A DNA stretch of 63,596 nucleotides, counting the filler, from Octopus bimaculoides (Eukaryota), in NCBI RefSeq assembly GCF_001194135.2. It is 7 parts of 6 records of this genome, joined end to end, with 100 filler letters (N's around TTAATTAATTAA, not from the genome) between each part and the next. Parts side by side here need not be neighbours in the genome. Positions count along the whole stretch, not along the records: positions 62,204 to 63,596 come from NC_069007.1; 6 more parts are not named here. One strand, given 5' to 3'. Below, in pieces: positions 63,331-63,596 of this stretch. The notes beneath the pieces are model-generated. The model made no database searches. It saw only the letters and a list, made by a program, of their open reading frames with translations, and was not told the DNA's origin. Both the position numbers and the translations under genes were made by a program. Position 1 is the first letter of the stretch. Each line of letters starts with the position of its first letter.

Positions 63331-63596
63331 TGATAATAATAATAATAATAATAATAATAAAACAACAACAACAATAGCAAAACAAAACAAAAAACCTGAA
63401 GACATTAGAGAGAAGAATACAATAGAATAAGATAAATGAAATAGGAACAGAAAGGAAAGAAAGGAGGAAAGAAAGAAGATAACATTTAATTAGATAACAG
63501 TAGCATGTCTGGAGAAGATTTTCAAACTTTAATATAATAATATTACCGGGAAATAGGATTATTTCGGTGGTGGTGGCGGTGGTGGTGGTGGTGGTG
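62204..63596. repeat. Compound degenerate trinucleotide microsatellite field (GGT/GAT/CAA/TAA)
   Basis: Direct inspection. Confidence 0.9.

Overview
AT-rich, repeat-dominated animal genomic DNA. The SINE, RTE and microsatellite repertoire recalls an octopus (coleoid cephalopod) assembly; this is an inference from memory, not a search. The window is not contiguous: six artificial 100-nt linkers (44N-TTAATTAATTAA-44N) join seven scaffolds. Scaffold 1 (1-31791) is strongly CpG-depleted. It holds a nested TE complex: a DNA transposon remnant abutting an RTE LINE, which is interrupted by an RT-less Gypsy LTR element (GCTAT TSD), whose gag is in turn interrupted by a fold-back insertion (13-bp TSD). 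It also has a Penelope-like element, hAT and Helitron remnants, and a weakly supported spliced minus-strand gene model. The other scaffolds are CpG-rich, with many SINEs, a mariner, a HERO-like LINE fragment and a LINE tail encoding two C2H2 fingers. The most interesting signal is four hammerhead-ribozyme-like motifs: one near-canonical, and three with unusually long stem II regions, one of which sits in an inverted dimer. Each is followed by a short spacer and a (TA)n-type tract. No confidently identifiable host gene, true tRNA, rRNA or CRISPR array was found; most listed ORFs are microsatellite or N-gap artefacts. Boundaries of decayed elements are approximate.
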